A DNA stretch of 54,991 nucleotides. Origin: Chloroflexota bacterium. Lineage in GTDB: Bacteria; Chloroflexota; Dehalococcoidia; UBA2979. Positions 9,554 to 18,510 of the stretch are shown here, piece by piece. The position numbers were made by a program, and so were the translations under genes. The notes under the pieces are model-generated. The model did no database searches and had not been told where the DNA came from. It worked only from the letters and a program-made list of their open reading frames with translations. Location of the stretch: the NCBI GenBank assembly GCA_027622315.1, contig JAQBZW010000002.1:1-54991 (forward strand), written 5' to 3'. Position 1 is the first letter of the stretch; the number at the start of each line of letters is the position of its first letter.

Positions 9554-10921
9554 TCAAGGCGCGAACGCCACCCGCACCTCATCCTCGAGCACGATGATCT
9601 CGCGCACGAGCTCGCCCATGCGCACCCGGCGCGCGTGGTCGTCGAGTCGCGGCCAGTCATAGACGAGATTCGCGCGCGCGGCGCGGACCGCGCCCGCGCC
9701 GCCGCCCGTGAGCGCACCGGGCCGCGAACGTGCCTGCGCTGTGCGCGCTTCGAGTGCCAGCAGCTCGAGCGCGAGCGCCGCGCCATGACGATCGAGCTGC
9801 TCGGCGGTCCACTGCCCCGACGAGCGCCGGTCGATCATGTGATCGAGCTCGCGCTGGAGCGCACGCGTCCGCGCGCTCCCCACGTCGACGGCATCCGGCT
9901 CGGCAAGCAGCGGCGCGCGTTCAACGCCGCGCGCCAGCTCGAACAGCACGGCATCTTCGAGTTCCTCCGCATGCCGCGTATGCGCACGACAGCGACCTTG
10001 CGCCATCGCCGCGCCGCAGCGGTAGTACCGATGTTCGCCGCCGCCGGAGATGATCCGGCTCGCACCGACGAGGCCGGCGCCACAGTACCCGCAGCGCGCG
10101 ACCCCGGACAGCGCGTACTCGCGCCTGCGGCCGGCGGTCGCACCGGGCGTCCGCCGCTCGACCGCGCGTCGCGCGGCCGCGCGGAACGTTTCCGCCGTCA
10201 CGAGCGCGGCATGCGCGCCGGCGATCGTGATCCCGAGCCGCCGGTACAGACCCGTATACGCAGGGTTCCGCAACAGGTCCCTGACCGACGCCATGTTCCA
10301 TGCGCCGCCGCGCCGAGTGACCACGCCGTCTGCGTTCAGTCGCGTGGCGATGCGCCGGATGCCCTCGCCGTCGTCGACGTACCACTCGAAGATCTGACGG
10401 ACCACGGGCGCTTCATCCGGATCCGGGACGAGGCGGCTGCGGCCGCCGTTCGCCGCATCCCCGCGTTCGATGCGATAGCCGTACGGAACACGTCCCAACG
10501 GCTCGCCACGGATCGCGCGCCGGCGCATCCCCTCCAGCGTGCGCTCGCGCCGTCGATCGGCGGCGCCGCGCGCGTTCCACGCCGCCATCAGCGCGTCGTC
10601 CGGCGCACGACCGTCCGCGACCCTGAGCTCGGCGCCGCACGCCGCGAGCTGTAGGGCGCGTGTCCATTGCGCGCGCACGCTCGCGCCAAGCACGGCAACC
10701 TCCGCCACCACAACCACGAGCGCAGGCTCGGGTCTGGCCGCGTGCGCGCGCTCGAGGATGCGCCGGAGGACGGGGCGATCGTCGCCGGCGTGATCCTCGA
10801 AGGGAACGCTGGCGTGCAGACCGAGGCGGCTGCAGAAGTCGAGTACCGCTGCGCGTTGAGCGTCCACGCTAAGCGCCGCGGGCGCGTCCGGGATCTCGCA
10901 GAGGTAGCCGATCACATTCAT
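9554..10921 (-). CDS. Large serine recombinase family homologue with a degenerate (probably inactive) N-terminal catalytic domain
   Basis: 455 aa. The recombinase domain (RVPYGYRIER..LVPDPDEAPVVRQIFEWY..GIRRIATRLNADGVVTRRGGAWNMASVRDLLRNPAYTG) and the zinc-ribbon (CGYCGAGL...YYRCGAAMAQGRCRAH) are clear. The N-terminus reads VIGYLCEIPDAP where YxRVS(S/T) with the nucleophile Ser is expected. It is co-directional with modA and 21-48 nt upstream of it. Confidence 0.8.
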   Translation of the reverse strand: MNVIGYLCEIPDAPAALSVDAQRAAVLDFCSRLGLHASVPFEDHAGDDRPVLRRILERAHAARPEPALVVVVAEVAVLGASVRAQWTRALQLAACGAELRVADGRAPDDALMAAWNARGAADRRRERTLEGMRRRAIRGEPLGRVPYGYRIERGDAANGGRSRLVPDPDEAPVVRQIFEWYVDDGEGIRRIATRLNADGVVTRRGGAWNMASVRDLLRNPAYTGLYRRLGITIAGAHAALVTAETFRAAARRAVERRTPGATAGRRREYALSGVARCGYCGAGLVGASRIISGGGEHRYYRCGAAMAQGRCRAHTRHAEELEDAVLFELARGVERAPLLAEPDAVDVGSARTRALQRELDHMIDRRSSGQWTAEQLDRHGAALALELLALEARTAQARSRPGALTGGGAGAVRAARANLVYDWPRLDDHARRVRMGELVREIIVLEDEVRVAFAP

Positions 10922-10994
10922 GGCGGTGTACGTCGAGTGTAGGTGGCGCGCCGCCGGTGCTACGATCCGCGCACCCTCTCAAAGGATCCCTCCT

Positions 10995-11549
10995 GTGATC
11001 ATCAACGTTTCGACGCTGCTCAGCGAGCCGCTCGGGAGCAACCGCGACTACCACCCCGTGGGCGAGCTTGTGTCCGTGCCTGACTCCGGGTTCGAGCGCA
11101 CGGTCTCCGCCGATCTGCACCTCATCCGCTCGCCGCGGGGGGTGCTCGTCTCCGCGCGGGTCGACTACGACGTCGACGCCGACTGCGCGCGCTGTGCCCG
11201 ACCGATCGCGCTCGCGCTCGTCGTGAGCTTCGACGAGGAGTACGTCCACGTCGAAGATCCCGGCGCGACGGCGCGCGGCCGCAGCGTCGACGCGGACGAC
11301 TTTCTGATCGACGAGCACCGGCATCTCGACCTCAGCGAAGCCGTGCGGCAATATGAAGCCTCGGCGCTTCCGCTGCACCCGCTCTGCCGTCCCGATTGTC
11401 GTGGGCTCTGCCCGACATGCGGCGCGGATTTGAACGAAGCGGAGTGCGCGTGTCGCGCCGGCCGAATCGATGAACGCTGGGGGGCGCTCGGCATACTCGC
11501 CGAGCAGCTCCGGACGACGGAGGATCGCCATGGCAGTCCCGAAGCGTAA
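10995..11549 (+). CDS. yceD: YceD/DUF177 family ribosome-associated protein
   Basis: It has the C-terminal CxxCxGLCxxCGxxLN motif (CRPDCRGLCPTCGADLNEAECAC) and overlaps the start of rpmF, as usual. A GTG at 10995 after AAAGGA is preferred over the longer ORF starting at 10920. Confidence 0.8.
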   Translation: MIINVSTLLSEPLGSNRDYHPVGELVSVPDSGFERTVSADLHLIRSPRGVLVSARVDYDVDADCARCARPIALALVVSFDEEYVHVEDPGATARGRSVDADDFLIDEHRHLDLSEAVRQYEASALPLHPLCRPDCRGLCPTCGADLNEAECACRAGRIDERWGALGILAEQLRTTEDRHGSPEA

Positions 11550-11718
11550 GACGCCGAAGTCGCGACAGCGGAGCCGCCGCAGCCACCACGCGCTCTCGCT
11601 GCCCACGCTGGTTGCCTGCTCGACGTGCCGCTCCATGCGCATCAATCACCACCCATGTAAGGTCTGCGGCACCTACAACGGGCGCCAGGCGCTGCGCCAG
11701 GACGAGCCCGCAAGCTAG
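11530..11718 (+). CDS. rpmF: 50S ribosomal protein L32
   Basis: MAVPKRKTPKSRQRSRRSHHAL..., 62 aa, with a CxxC...CxxC zinc-type L32 pattern. Confidence 0.93.
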   Translation: MAVPKRKTPKSRQRSRRSHHALSLPTLVACSTCRSMRINHHPCKVCGTYNGRQALRQDEPAS

Positions 11719-11814
11719 CCTCGCTCCGGACGCCCGCCTCGGCTTCGCGCCACGCTGCGCCGTGGGCATTCACCGTGCGACGGCGTCCGCGCGGCATGGC
11801 GAGGAGACACTGTC

Positions 11815-12774
11815 GTGATCGATCTGGGGCTCAACGACCTGCCGCCTTCGTCCTCCATCGCGTGGCTGTTCCCGGGCCAGGGCGCGCAATTCGTCGGCAT
11901 GGGCCGCGACCTCTGTGACGCCTCCCCCGAAGCTCGCGCCGTGTTTGCCGCGGCAGATGACGCACTGGGATTCTCGCTGTCGAGCCTCTGCTTCGACGGC
12001 CCCGAGGACGCGCTCACCCAGACCGTGAACACGCAGCCGGCGCTGGTCACGCACGCGATCGCCGCGCTTGCCGCCGGCGTTGCCGCCGGTGTGGTGACCG
12101 AGCGCCCCGCGTTCGTGGCCGGGCACTCGCTCGGCGAGTACGCCGCGCTGATCGCGGCAGGCGCCGTCGACTTCGAAGACGGCGTACGGCTCGTGCGCGA
12201 GCGTGGGCGGCTCATGCAGACCGCCTGTGACGCCGAGCCGAGCACGATGGCCGCGATCATCGGCCTCGAGCCGGACGCATTGCGCACGATCTGCGCCGAG
12301 CACGGCGCATCGCTCTGCAACGTGAACGCACCCGGCAACATCACCATCGGCGGCACGGTGGCGGCCGTCGGCGCCGCGAGCGAGGCGGCAACCGCCGCCG
12401 GCGCGTCCCGCGTCGTCCCGCTGACGGTCTCCGGCGCCTTCCACACGCCGCTCATGCAGAGCGCCGCGGAGGGCATGCGCGGCGCGCTCGCCGCGGTGAG
12501 CTTCCGCGACCCCCACCCACCGGTAATCTCGAACGTCACGGCGCAGCCACTCGGCCGAGGGAGCGCGTTTGCCTCCGAACTCACCGATCAGATCACCAGT
12601 CCGGTGCTCTGGCTCGACTCCGTGACGGCGATGACGGGCCGCGGCGTGAGCGCGGTCATCGAGTTCGGTCCCGGCCGCGTGCTCACCGGCCTCGTGCGCC
12701 GTATCGATCGCGAGGTCGCGCTGCGTAACATCGGTGCGGCGGAAGATCTGACGGCGAAGGAGCCGAACGCATGA
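11815..12774 (+). CDS. fabD: Malonyl-CoA:ACP transacylase
   Basis: 319 aa. Motifs are FPGQGAQFVGMG, the active-site GHSLGEYAAL, and VSGAFHTPLM. Confidence 0.92.
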   Translation: MIDLGLNDLPPSSSIAWLFPGQGAQFVGMGRDLCDASPEARAVFAAADDALGFSLSSLCFDGPEDALTQTVNTQPALVTHAIAALAAGVAAGVVTERPAFVAGHSLGEYAALIAAGAVDFEDGVRLVRERGRLMQTACDAEPSTMAAIIGLEPDALRTICAEHGASLCNVNAPGNITIGGTVAAVGAASEAATAAGASRVVPLTVSGAFHTPLMQSAAEGMRGALAAVSFRDPHPPVISNVTAQPLGRGSAFASELTDQITSPVLWLDSVTAMTGRGVSAVIEFGPGRVLTGLVRRIDREVALRNIGAAEDLTAKEPNA

Positions 12775-13541
12775 CCGGAGAGCACGTCGATCCGCGATCG
12801 CTCGCCGGGCGCACCGCGATTGTCACCGGGGGCGGACGCGGGATCGGCCGCGCAATCGCGCTCGAGCTCGCTCGCGCCGGCGCGAACCTCGTGATCACGT
12901 ATCGCGAAAACCGCGCCCTCGGAGACGCCACTGCGAGAGAGCTGCGGGCTGAGGGCGTCGGCTGCGTGGTCACACAGGTCGATGTGCGACGCGGCGGTGA
13001 CCTCGATCGCATGGTCGAAGAGGCGCGCCAGACGTTCGGCGGCGTCCACATCCTCGTCAACAACGCGGGCATGCGCGCCGACAACCTGGTCATGCGCATC
13101 ACCGACGAGGCATGGGATCAGGTCCTGGATACCAACTTGCGTGGCACCTTCCTCGCGACGAAGGCCGTGCTCCGGCACATGATCCGCGCCCGCTGGGGCC
13201 GCATCATCAACATGACCTCTGTCGTCGGTCTGTCGGGCAACGCCGGCCAGGCGAACTACGCCGCCGCGAAGGCCGGCATGCTCGGCTTCACACGCTCCGT
13301 CGCACAGGAGGTCGCCTCGCGGAACATCACGGTCAACGCGGTGGCGCCCGGCTTCGTCATGACCGACATGACCGCCGGGCTGTCGGACGAGCAGAAGGAG
13401 GCGATCCTCGGGCGCATTCCGATGCGTCGCTTTGCGCAGCCGGAAGAGATCGCCCCGCTCGTCGCCTTCCTCGCATCTGAAGCGGCGGCGTACATCACAG
13501 GCCAGACGATCACGGTCGACGGCGGCCTGGTGATGTCCTGA
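12771..13541 (+). CDS. fabG: 3-oxoacyl-ACP reductase
   Basis: 256 aa SDR. Motifs are TGGGRGIGRAIA, NNAG, YAAAKAG and ITGQTITVDGGLVM. It has an ATGA overlap with fabD. Confidence 0.9.
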   Translation: MTGEHVDPRSLAGRTAIVTGGGRGIGRAIALELARAGANLVITYRENRALGDATARELRAEGVGCVVTQVDVRRGGDLDRMVEEARQTFGGVHILVNNAGMRADNLVMRITDEAWDQVLDTNLRGTFLATKAVLRHMIRARWGRIINMTSVVGLSGNAGQANYAAAKAGMLGFTRSVAQEVASRNITVNAVAPGFVMTDMTAGLSDEQKEAILGRIPMRRFAQPEEIAPLVAFLASEAAAYITGQTITVDGGLVMS

Positions 13542-13543
13542 CC

Positions 13544-14020
13544 GTGGCGGCGATGGTTGCCGGGTCCCGCCGCCGATCGCGCATCGCTGCGTTCCAGGCG
13601 CTGTTCGAGTCGGATGTCTCGGAGCGCGATCCGCTCGAGATTCTCGGCCGGCAGCTCGACGACGCGAATCTGGGCGTTGAGGCGCGGGCGTTCGCGCGCG
13701 CGCTGGTCGTGGGCGTCATCACCGCGCGCGGCGCAATCGACGATGTCATCCGCCGCTACGCGCCGGCATTTCCGCTCGAAGACATGGCGCCGGTTGATCG
13801 CAACGTGCTGCGCCTTGCAATCTACGAAGTGCTCTTTGATAATCGCGGCGCTCCGCTCCGCGTTGCCATCAACGAGGCAGTGGAGATCGCCAAGGGGTAC
13901 GGTTCCGAATCGTCCGGGCGGTTCGTCAACGGCGTGCTGGGGGCGGTAGCACTCCAGGCGGCGGAAGGTGACGGTCCGGAACACGAACCGGACGTTCCCG
14001 AGTCCGCCTCCGGAGACTAG
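13544..14020 (+). CDS. nusB: Transcription antitermination factor NusB
   Basis: [15 protein letters not shown]..., [15 protein letters not shown]..., [32 protein letters not shown]. It starts 2 nt after the fabG stop. Confidence 0.88.
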   Translation: MAAMVAGSRRRSRIAAFQALFESDVSERDPLEILGRQLDDANLGVEARAFARALVVGVITARGAIDDVIRRYAPAFPLEDMAPVDRNVLRLAIYEVLFDNRGAPLRVAINEAVEIAKGYGSESSGRFVNGVLGAVALQAAEGDGPEHEPDVPESASGD

Positions 14021-14096
14021 TGTCCTCAGCGCGAGGGATTATCCAGACACCCGGTCGTCGCCGTACCGGGGCGCGCACAGGGAGGGAAGGGCGACT

Positions 14097-14357
14097 GTGG
14101 CCACCGTCTATGAGCGAGTGCGCTCGCTGATCGTGGAGCAACTCGGGGTTGAGGACGAGGAGGTCACACCGAACGCCTCATTTGTCGACGACCTGAATGC
14201 CGATTCGCTCGACCTTGTCGAGTTGATCATGTCGATCGAGGAAGAGTTCTCGGGCGATGGCGTGGAACTGGAAATCTCAGACGAAGACGCCGAGAAGATC
14301 CAGACCGTGCAGGACGCCATCGACTACCTCAAGGACAACGGCATCGACGACAACTGA
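14097..14357 (+). CDS. acpP: Acyl carrier protein
   Basis: The GTG at 14097 is preceded by GGGAGGGAAGG. It has the [16 protein letters not shown] phosphopantetheine-site motif and is 86 aa. The upstream part of track ORF 13968-14357 overlaps nusB. Confidence 0.9.
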   Translation: MATVYERVRSLIVEQLGVEDEEVTPNASFVDDLNADSLDLVELIMSIEEEFSGDGVELEISDEDAEKIQTVQDAIDYLKDNGIDDN

Positions 14358-14425
14358 GCCCGGCTCAGCTGTTGCGCCGTCGCCCCGGCAGGTCCGTACG
14401 GACTGCCGGGGCGTATCATTTCCAC

Positions 14426-15028
14426 ATGAATGTCTTTGGCGTCGGACCGGGTGAGGCGCTTCTCGTCCTCGTGATCGGCCTCATGGTGGTCGGACCGGGA
14501 CGCTTCCCCGAAATCGCTCGCGAGGCCGGACGCTGGTATCGCCTTGCCCGTCGATATTCGACGGAAGTGATGTCCGACGTCCGTGCGGCCGTCGACGAAC
14601 TCGAGGGCGAGGTAACCGCGCCCGGCGAGGACCTGCGTTCCATCCGTGAGATCGGCACCGAATTCCGCAACGAACTGCGTGAGGCTGGTCGCTCGGTCAG
14701 CGAGATCGGCCGTGAGACTCGCGCGGTCGCCGAGCACGAGACATCGCGAGCGCTGGCTGCAGGCAATGCACCCGCGCCTACATCCGCCACAGCGAACGCG
14801 AGCGCGACCGTGACAGATATGCCTGCAACGACCGTCGCCGTGGAGGACGCTGAAGCAACGCACGAGGCCTCACCCGCCGCCGCGGAAGCCGAGGCCGGTG
14901 AGCCGGCGGCGCCGGTCTCGATCCGTCCCTCCAAGCGTGCCCGTCCCGGGGCGCCCGTTGATCCCTTCGAGACGCTGGCGGCCAAGCGTGCGCGCGACGC
15001 CGACGGCGGCGATAGCGCTCAGACTTAG
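14426..15028 (+). CDS. Twin-arginine translocase TatA/TatB family protein (long TatB-like tail)
   Basis: MNVFGVGPGEALLVLVIGLMVVGPGRFPEIAREAGRWYRLAR is the TatA/B TM plus amphipathic helix signature. An acidic/Ala-rich tail follows. tatC is the next gene. Confidence 0.85.
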   Translation: MNVFGVGPGEALLVLVIGLMVVGPGRFPEIAREAGRWYRLARRYSTEVMSDVRAAVDELEGEVTAPGEDLRSIREIGTEFRNELREAGRSVSEIGRETRAVAEHETSRALAAGNAPAPTSATANASATVTDMPATTVAVEDAEATHEASPAAAEAEAGEPAAPVSIRPSKRARPGAPVDPFETLAAKRARDADGGDSAQT

Positions 15029-15043
15029 CGAGCCGGACGCCCA

Positions 15044-15808
15044 GTGGCCGTAGACCCCGTCGAACCGATCGCGACCGCCCCGGAGGAATCCGAGGGCGGG
15101 ACGATGACGCTGCTGGAGCACCTCCAGGAGCTACGCGGCCGTGTCGCCTGGTCGGGCGCTGCGGTCTTCGCCGGGATGCTCCTCTTTTTCATCCCGCCGG
15201 TCGGCTTCGCCTCGATCGATTTCCTGCTCCGCCCCGCGACCGATCAGATCCCCAACTTCCGCGCCCAGGCGATCTCGCCGATGGAGAACATCGTCGTGTA
15301 CTTCCGCGTGGCGCTGCTCGGCGGTGTCGCGCTCGGCATGCCGATGCTCGTCTACCAGGTGCTGCGCTTCGTGACCCCGGCGCTGACTCCCGGCGAGCGG
15401 CGCTGGGTGCTGCCCGTGGTCGTAGCCAGCTCCGGCATGTTCGCGCTCGGCCTCGCCTTCGGCTACCTGATCATGCTTCCCGCCGCATACGGCTTCCTCT
15501 TCAAGTTCGGGAACGAATTCGCCGACATCACGCCCACGATCAGCAGTTACATCGACCTCACCACGCGGCTGCTGCTCGTCTCTGGTGTCGTCTTCGAGAC
15601 GCCGATCGTAATCATGGGCCTGGCAAAGTTCCGGCTGGTGACCGCGCGGAAGCTCTGGGGCTGGTGGCGCTGGGCGCTGCTCGGCGCGTTCATCCTCTCC
15701 GCCGTGCTTACGCCTACGCCGGACCCGGTCACACAGACGCTGGTCGCGATGCCGATGGTGGTGCTGTACTTCGTAGGCATCGGACTGGCGTGGCTCATTC
15801 GGCGCTAG
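15044..15808 (+). CDS. tatC: Twin-arginine translocase subunit TatC
   Basis: MTLLEHLQELRGRV..., six TM segments, and a TatC core (FGYLIMLPAAYGFLFKF). The start is the GTG at 15044 or the ATG at 15104. Confidence 0.9.
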   Translation: MAVDPVEPIATAPEESEGGTMTLLEHLQELRGRVAWSGAAVFAGMLLFFIPPVGFASIDFLLRPATDQIPNFRAQAISPMENIVVYFRVALLGGVALGMPMLVYQVLRFVTPALTPGERRWVLPVVVASSGMFALGLAFGYLIMLPAAYGFLFKFGNEFADITPTISSYIDLTTRLLLVSGVVFETPIVIMGLAKFRLVTARKLWGWWRWALLGAFILSAVLTPTPDPVTQTLVAMPMVVLYFVGIGLAWLIRR

Positions 15809-15945
15809 CTGCTTCTGCCCGAACTCAGAAATGTTAAACTGCGTACCCACGCACACCGATCCGTTGCCTCGGCTCCGGCCCGATGCTACGCTCGCTCGTG
15901 ATCATTCCCCCCTCCCCGCCCGTCGCGAGGACGCCCGTGGCTGCC

Positions 15946-16773
15946 ATGAACGAGCGAGTGAACAGCACCCTCACCCTCGAGACGCCCGTCCAGGCGCCTC
16001 CGCAGTTGCGACCGCTGTACCAGGTTGATGAGCGGCTGGCGCCGCTCTACGCAGAGATTGCCGATTGCCCACGCTGCCCGCTCGCGCGCACCCGCTCGCG
16101 GACCGTGCCCGGCTCCGGGCCGGTCGACGCTCGCCTGATGCTGATCGGCGAAGGGCCCGGGCAGCGTGAGGACGAGCTCGGGCTGCCCTTCGTTGGACGC
16201 GCTGGCCAATTCCTCGACGAGCTACTCGCGAGCATCGGGTTCGAACGCGCCGAGGTGTACATCGCGAACGTCGTGAAATGCCGGCCTCCGGGTAACCGCG
16301 ATCCGCTGCCGGAGGAGCTCGCGGCGTGTGGCGACTACCTGGAACGCCAGATCGAAATCGTCGACCCGCTCGTGATCGCGACGCTCGGGCGCTTCTCGAT
16401 GGCGCGCTGGTTCGCCGACGCGCGGATCAGCCGCATCCACGGTGCGATCGCGAGCTTCGACGGTCGTACGGTGATTCCCATGTATCATCCAGCGGCCGCG
16501 CTCCGGAACCCCGCGCTCCGGGACGTCATGAAGCGGGACTTCGCGAAGCTCCCGGCGCTGCTCGCCGATCAGGCGCACACGCCGGCGGCGGCACTGACGA
16601 GTTCAGTCGCCGAGGCAACGGTGCCCACGCCCGAACCGCCGGCCGCAATCGCCGAGACGCCCCGCCCGGTGCCGCACGTCTTCGGCACCCCCCTGCCCAG
16701 AACCGAAGCGATCGAAGAAACAACAGCGGACGAACCCGAGTGGCGGGATCCGCCCCAGGAGCGCCTCTTGTGA
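15946..16773 (+). CDS. Uracil-DNA glycosylase, family 4 (Fe-S type), with a Pro/Ala-rich C-terminal tail
   Basis: Motifs are CPRCPL, LMLIGEGPGQREDELGLPFVGRAGQFL, NVVKCRPPGNRDP and HPAAALRNP. The track ORF starts at 15883. The ATG at 15946 is preferred because a TTGCCT-17-TACGCT promoter-like pair (15864-15892) overlaps the longer start. Confidence 0.85.
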   Translation: MNERVNSTLTLETPVQAPPQLRPLYQVDERLAPLYAEIADCPRCPLARTRSRTVPGSGPVDARLMLIGEGPGQREDELGLPFVGRAGQFLDELLASIGFERAEVYIANVVKCRPPGNRDPLPEELAACGDYLERQIEIVDPLVIATLGRFSMARWFADARISRIHGAIASFDGRTVIPMYHPAAALRNPALRDVMKRDFAKLPALLADQAHTPAAALTSSVAEATVPTPEPPAAIAETPRPVPHVFGTPLPRTEAIEETTADEPEWRDPPQERLL

Positions 16774-18434
16774 CACCTTCCCCCAACGACTCGCTGCGAG
16801 TCATCCCGCTTGGTGGCCTCGGCGAAATCGGCCGAAATATGATGCTGTACGAGTACGGCGACGACATGATCGCCGTCGACGTCGGCCTCATGTTCCCGGA
16901 CGCCGAGCACCTCGGTGTCGACCTGATCATCCCCGATATTTCTTATGTCATGGAGGATCCGTCGCGGCTGAAGGCCGTCTTCCTGACTCATGGCCACGAG
17001 GATCACATCGGCGCCGTGCCCTTCCTGCTCCGTGAGCTCAACGTGCCGGTCTTCTGCACGCGCCTCACCCGTGGGCTCGTCCAGGTGAAGCTGAAGGAAC
17101 AGGGTCTCCTCGACTCGACGACCGTGACGGTCGTCGAGTCCGGTCAGACCGTGACCATCGGCGAGTTCGCCGTCGAGTTCTTCACGGTCGCCCACTCCAT
17201 TCCCGACGCGGCCGGGTTGATCATCCACACGCCCCTCGGCCCGATCGTGCACACCGGAGACTTCAAGATCGACCACACCCCGGTGATGGGCCAGCACACC
17301 GACCTCACGCGTCTCGCGGAGATCGGTCGCGAAGGCGCGCTGCTGCTCTGCGCGGACTCCACGTACGCCGAGATGGAGGGCTACACGCAGTCCGAGCAGC
17401 GGGTCGCGGAGACGCTCGATCGCGCGATCGGCGATGCGCCGGGGCGCGTGGTCGTGACCACGTTCGCCTCGCTGATCTCACGCGTCCAGATGGTGATCGA
17501 CGCCGCCGAGCACCATGGCCGTCGCGTGTTCGTGACCGGCCGCTCGATGGTGAACAACGTGCAGATGGCGCGCGACCTGGGCTACCTGCGCACGCCCGGC
17601 AACATCCTGATGTCGGTCTCCGAGATGCGCGACCACCCTGACGCGAAGACCGTGATCATCTGTACGGGCTCGCAGGGTGAGCCGACATCGGCGTTGACGC
17701 GCATGGCGAACGGCTCGCACCAACACGTCAAGATCCACGAAGGCGATACGGTCATCCTCTCCTCGAACCCGGTGCCCGGGAACGAGAAGTTCGTCTATCG
17801 CAACATCGACGCGCTCTTTGAGGCCGGCGCGGACGTGATCTACAACCGGCTCGCGGACGTACACGTGCGCGGCCACGCGTCCCGTGAAGAGCTCAAGATC
17901 ATCCACCGCATCGTGCAGCCCGAATACTTCGTGGGCATCCACGGCGAGTACCGGCATCTCGTCCTCCACCGACAGCTCGCGATCTCGCTCGGCATGCCGC
18001 CTGAGAACGCGTTCGTCATGACCGACGGCGACGTGCTCGAGATCGGCGACGACACCGCAGCGATCGTCGACAAGGTGTCGGCCGATTACGTGTACGTCGA
18101 CGGGCTGGGCGTCGGCGACGTCGACCAGATCGTGCTCCGCGACCGCCAACACCTCGCCTCGGACGGGCTGTTCGTGGTCGTCGCCGCGGTAGACAGACGC
18201 ACGGGCATGCTCACCGGACCGCCTGAAGTGATGTCTCACGGCTTCGTCGGTCCCGAGGAGGAGCAGGCACTGCTCGATGGTGCCCGCCAGATCGTGGTCG
18301 ATACACTGGGCGGCGAGGAGCGCAAGGTCGACTGGCGTGCCTTGCACGAGACGTTGAAGGACGACGTGGCGGCATACTTGCACCGGCGGACCCACCGCCG
18401 GCCGCTCGTGATCCCGGTAATGCTGGAGGTATAG
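16770..18434 (+). CDS. rnj: Ribonuclease J
   Basis: LRVIPLGGLGEIGRNMMLYEYGDDMIAVDVG, HGHEDHIGAVPFL, and beta-CASP and C-terminal domains. The GTG at 16770 overlaps the udg stop. The upstream 148 codons of track ORF 16326-18434 are an out-of-frame read of udg. Confidence 0.9.
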   Translation: MTPSPNDSLRVIPLGGLGEIGRNMMLYEYGDDMIAVDVGLMFPDAEHLGVDLIIPDISYVMEDPSRLKAVFLTHGHEDHIGAVPFLLRELNVPVFCTRLTRGLVQVKLKEQGLLDSTTVTVVESGQTVTIGEFAVEFFTVAHSIPDAAGLIIHTPLGPIVHTGDFKIDHTPVMGQHTDLTRLAEIGREGALLLCADSTYAEMEGYTQSEQRVAETLDRAIGDAPGRVVVTTFASLISRVQMVIDAAEHHGRRVFVTGRSMVNNVQMARDLGYLRTPGNILMSVSEMRDHPDAKTVIICTGSQGEPTSALTRMANGSHQHVKIHEGDTVILSSNPVPGNEKFVYRNIDALFEAGADVIYNRLADVHVRGHASREELKIIHRIVQPEYFVGIHGEYRHLVLHRQLAISLGMPPENAFVMTDGDVLEIGDDTAAIVDKVSADYVYVDGLGVGDVDQIVLRDRQHLASDGLFVVVAAVDRRTGMLTGPPEVMSHGFVGPEEEQALLDGARQIVVDTLGGEERKVDWRALHETLKDDVAAYLHRRTHRRPLVIPVMLEV

Positions 18435-18510
18435 CCGCGGGCACATAGACACGTTCAAGACGACGCGTTCGGTCTGGCGGGGGCGAACGCGCACGAGGAG
18501 TAGTAGAGCG

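Noticed and set aside
9554-10921. Reading the recombinase gene as the marker of an integrated phage or genomic island
   Set aside because: There are no phage or cargo genes, and housekeeping genes lie immediately on both sides (modABC; yceD-rpmF). I could not find flanking direct or inverted repeats, and the catalytic motifs are degenerate. It is therefore not annotated as a mobile element.
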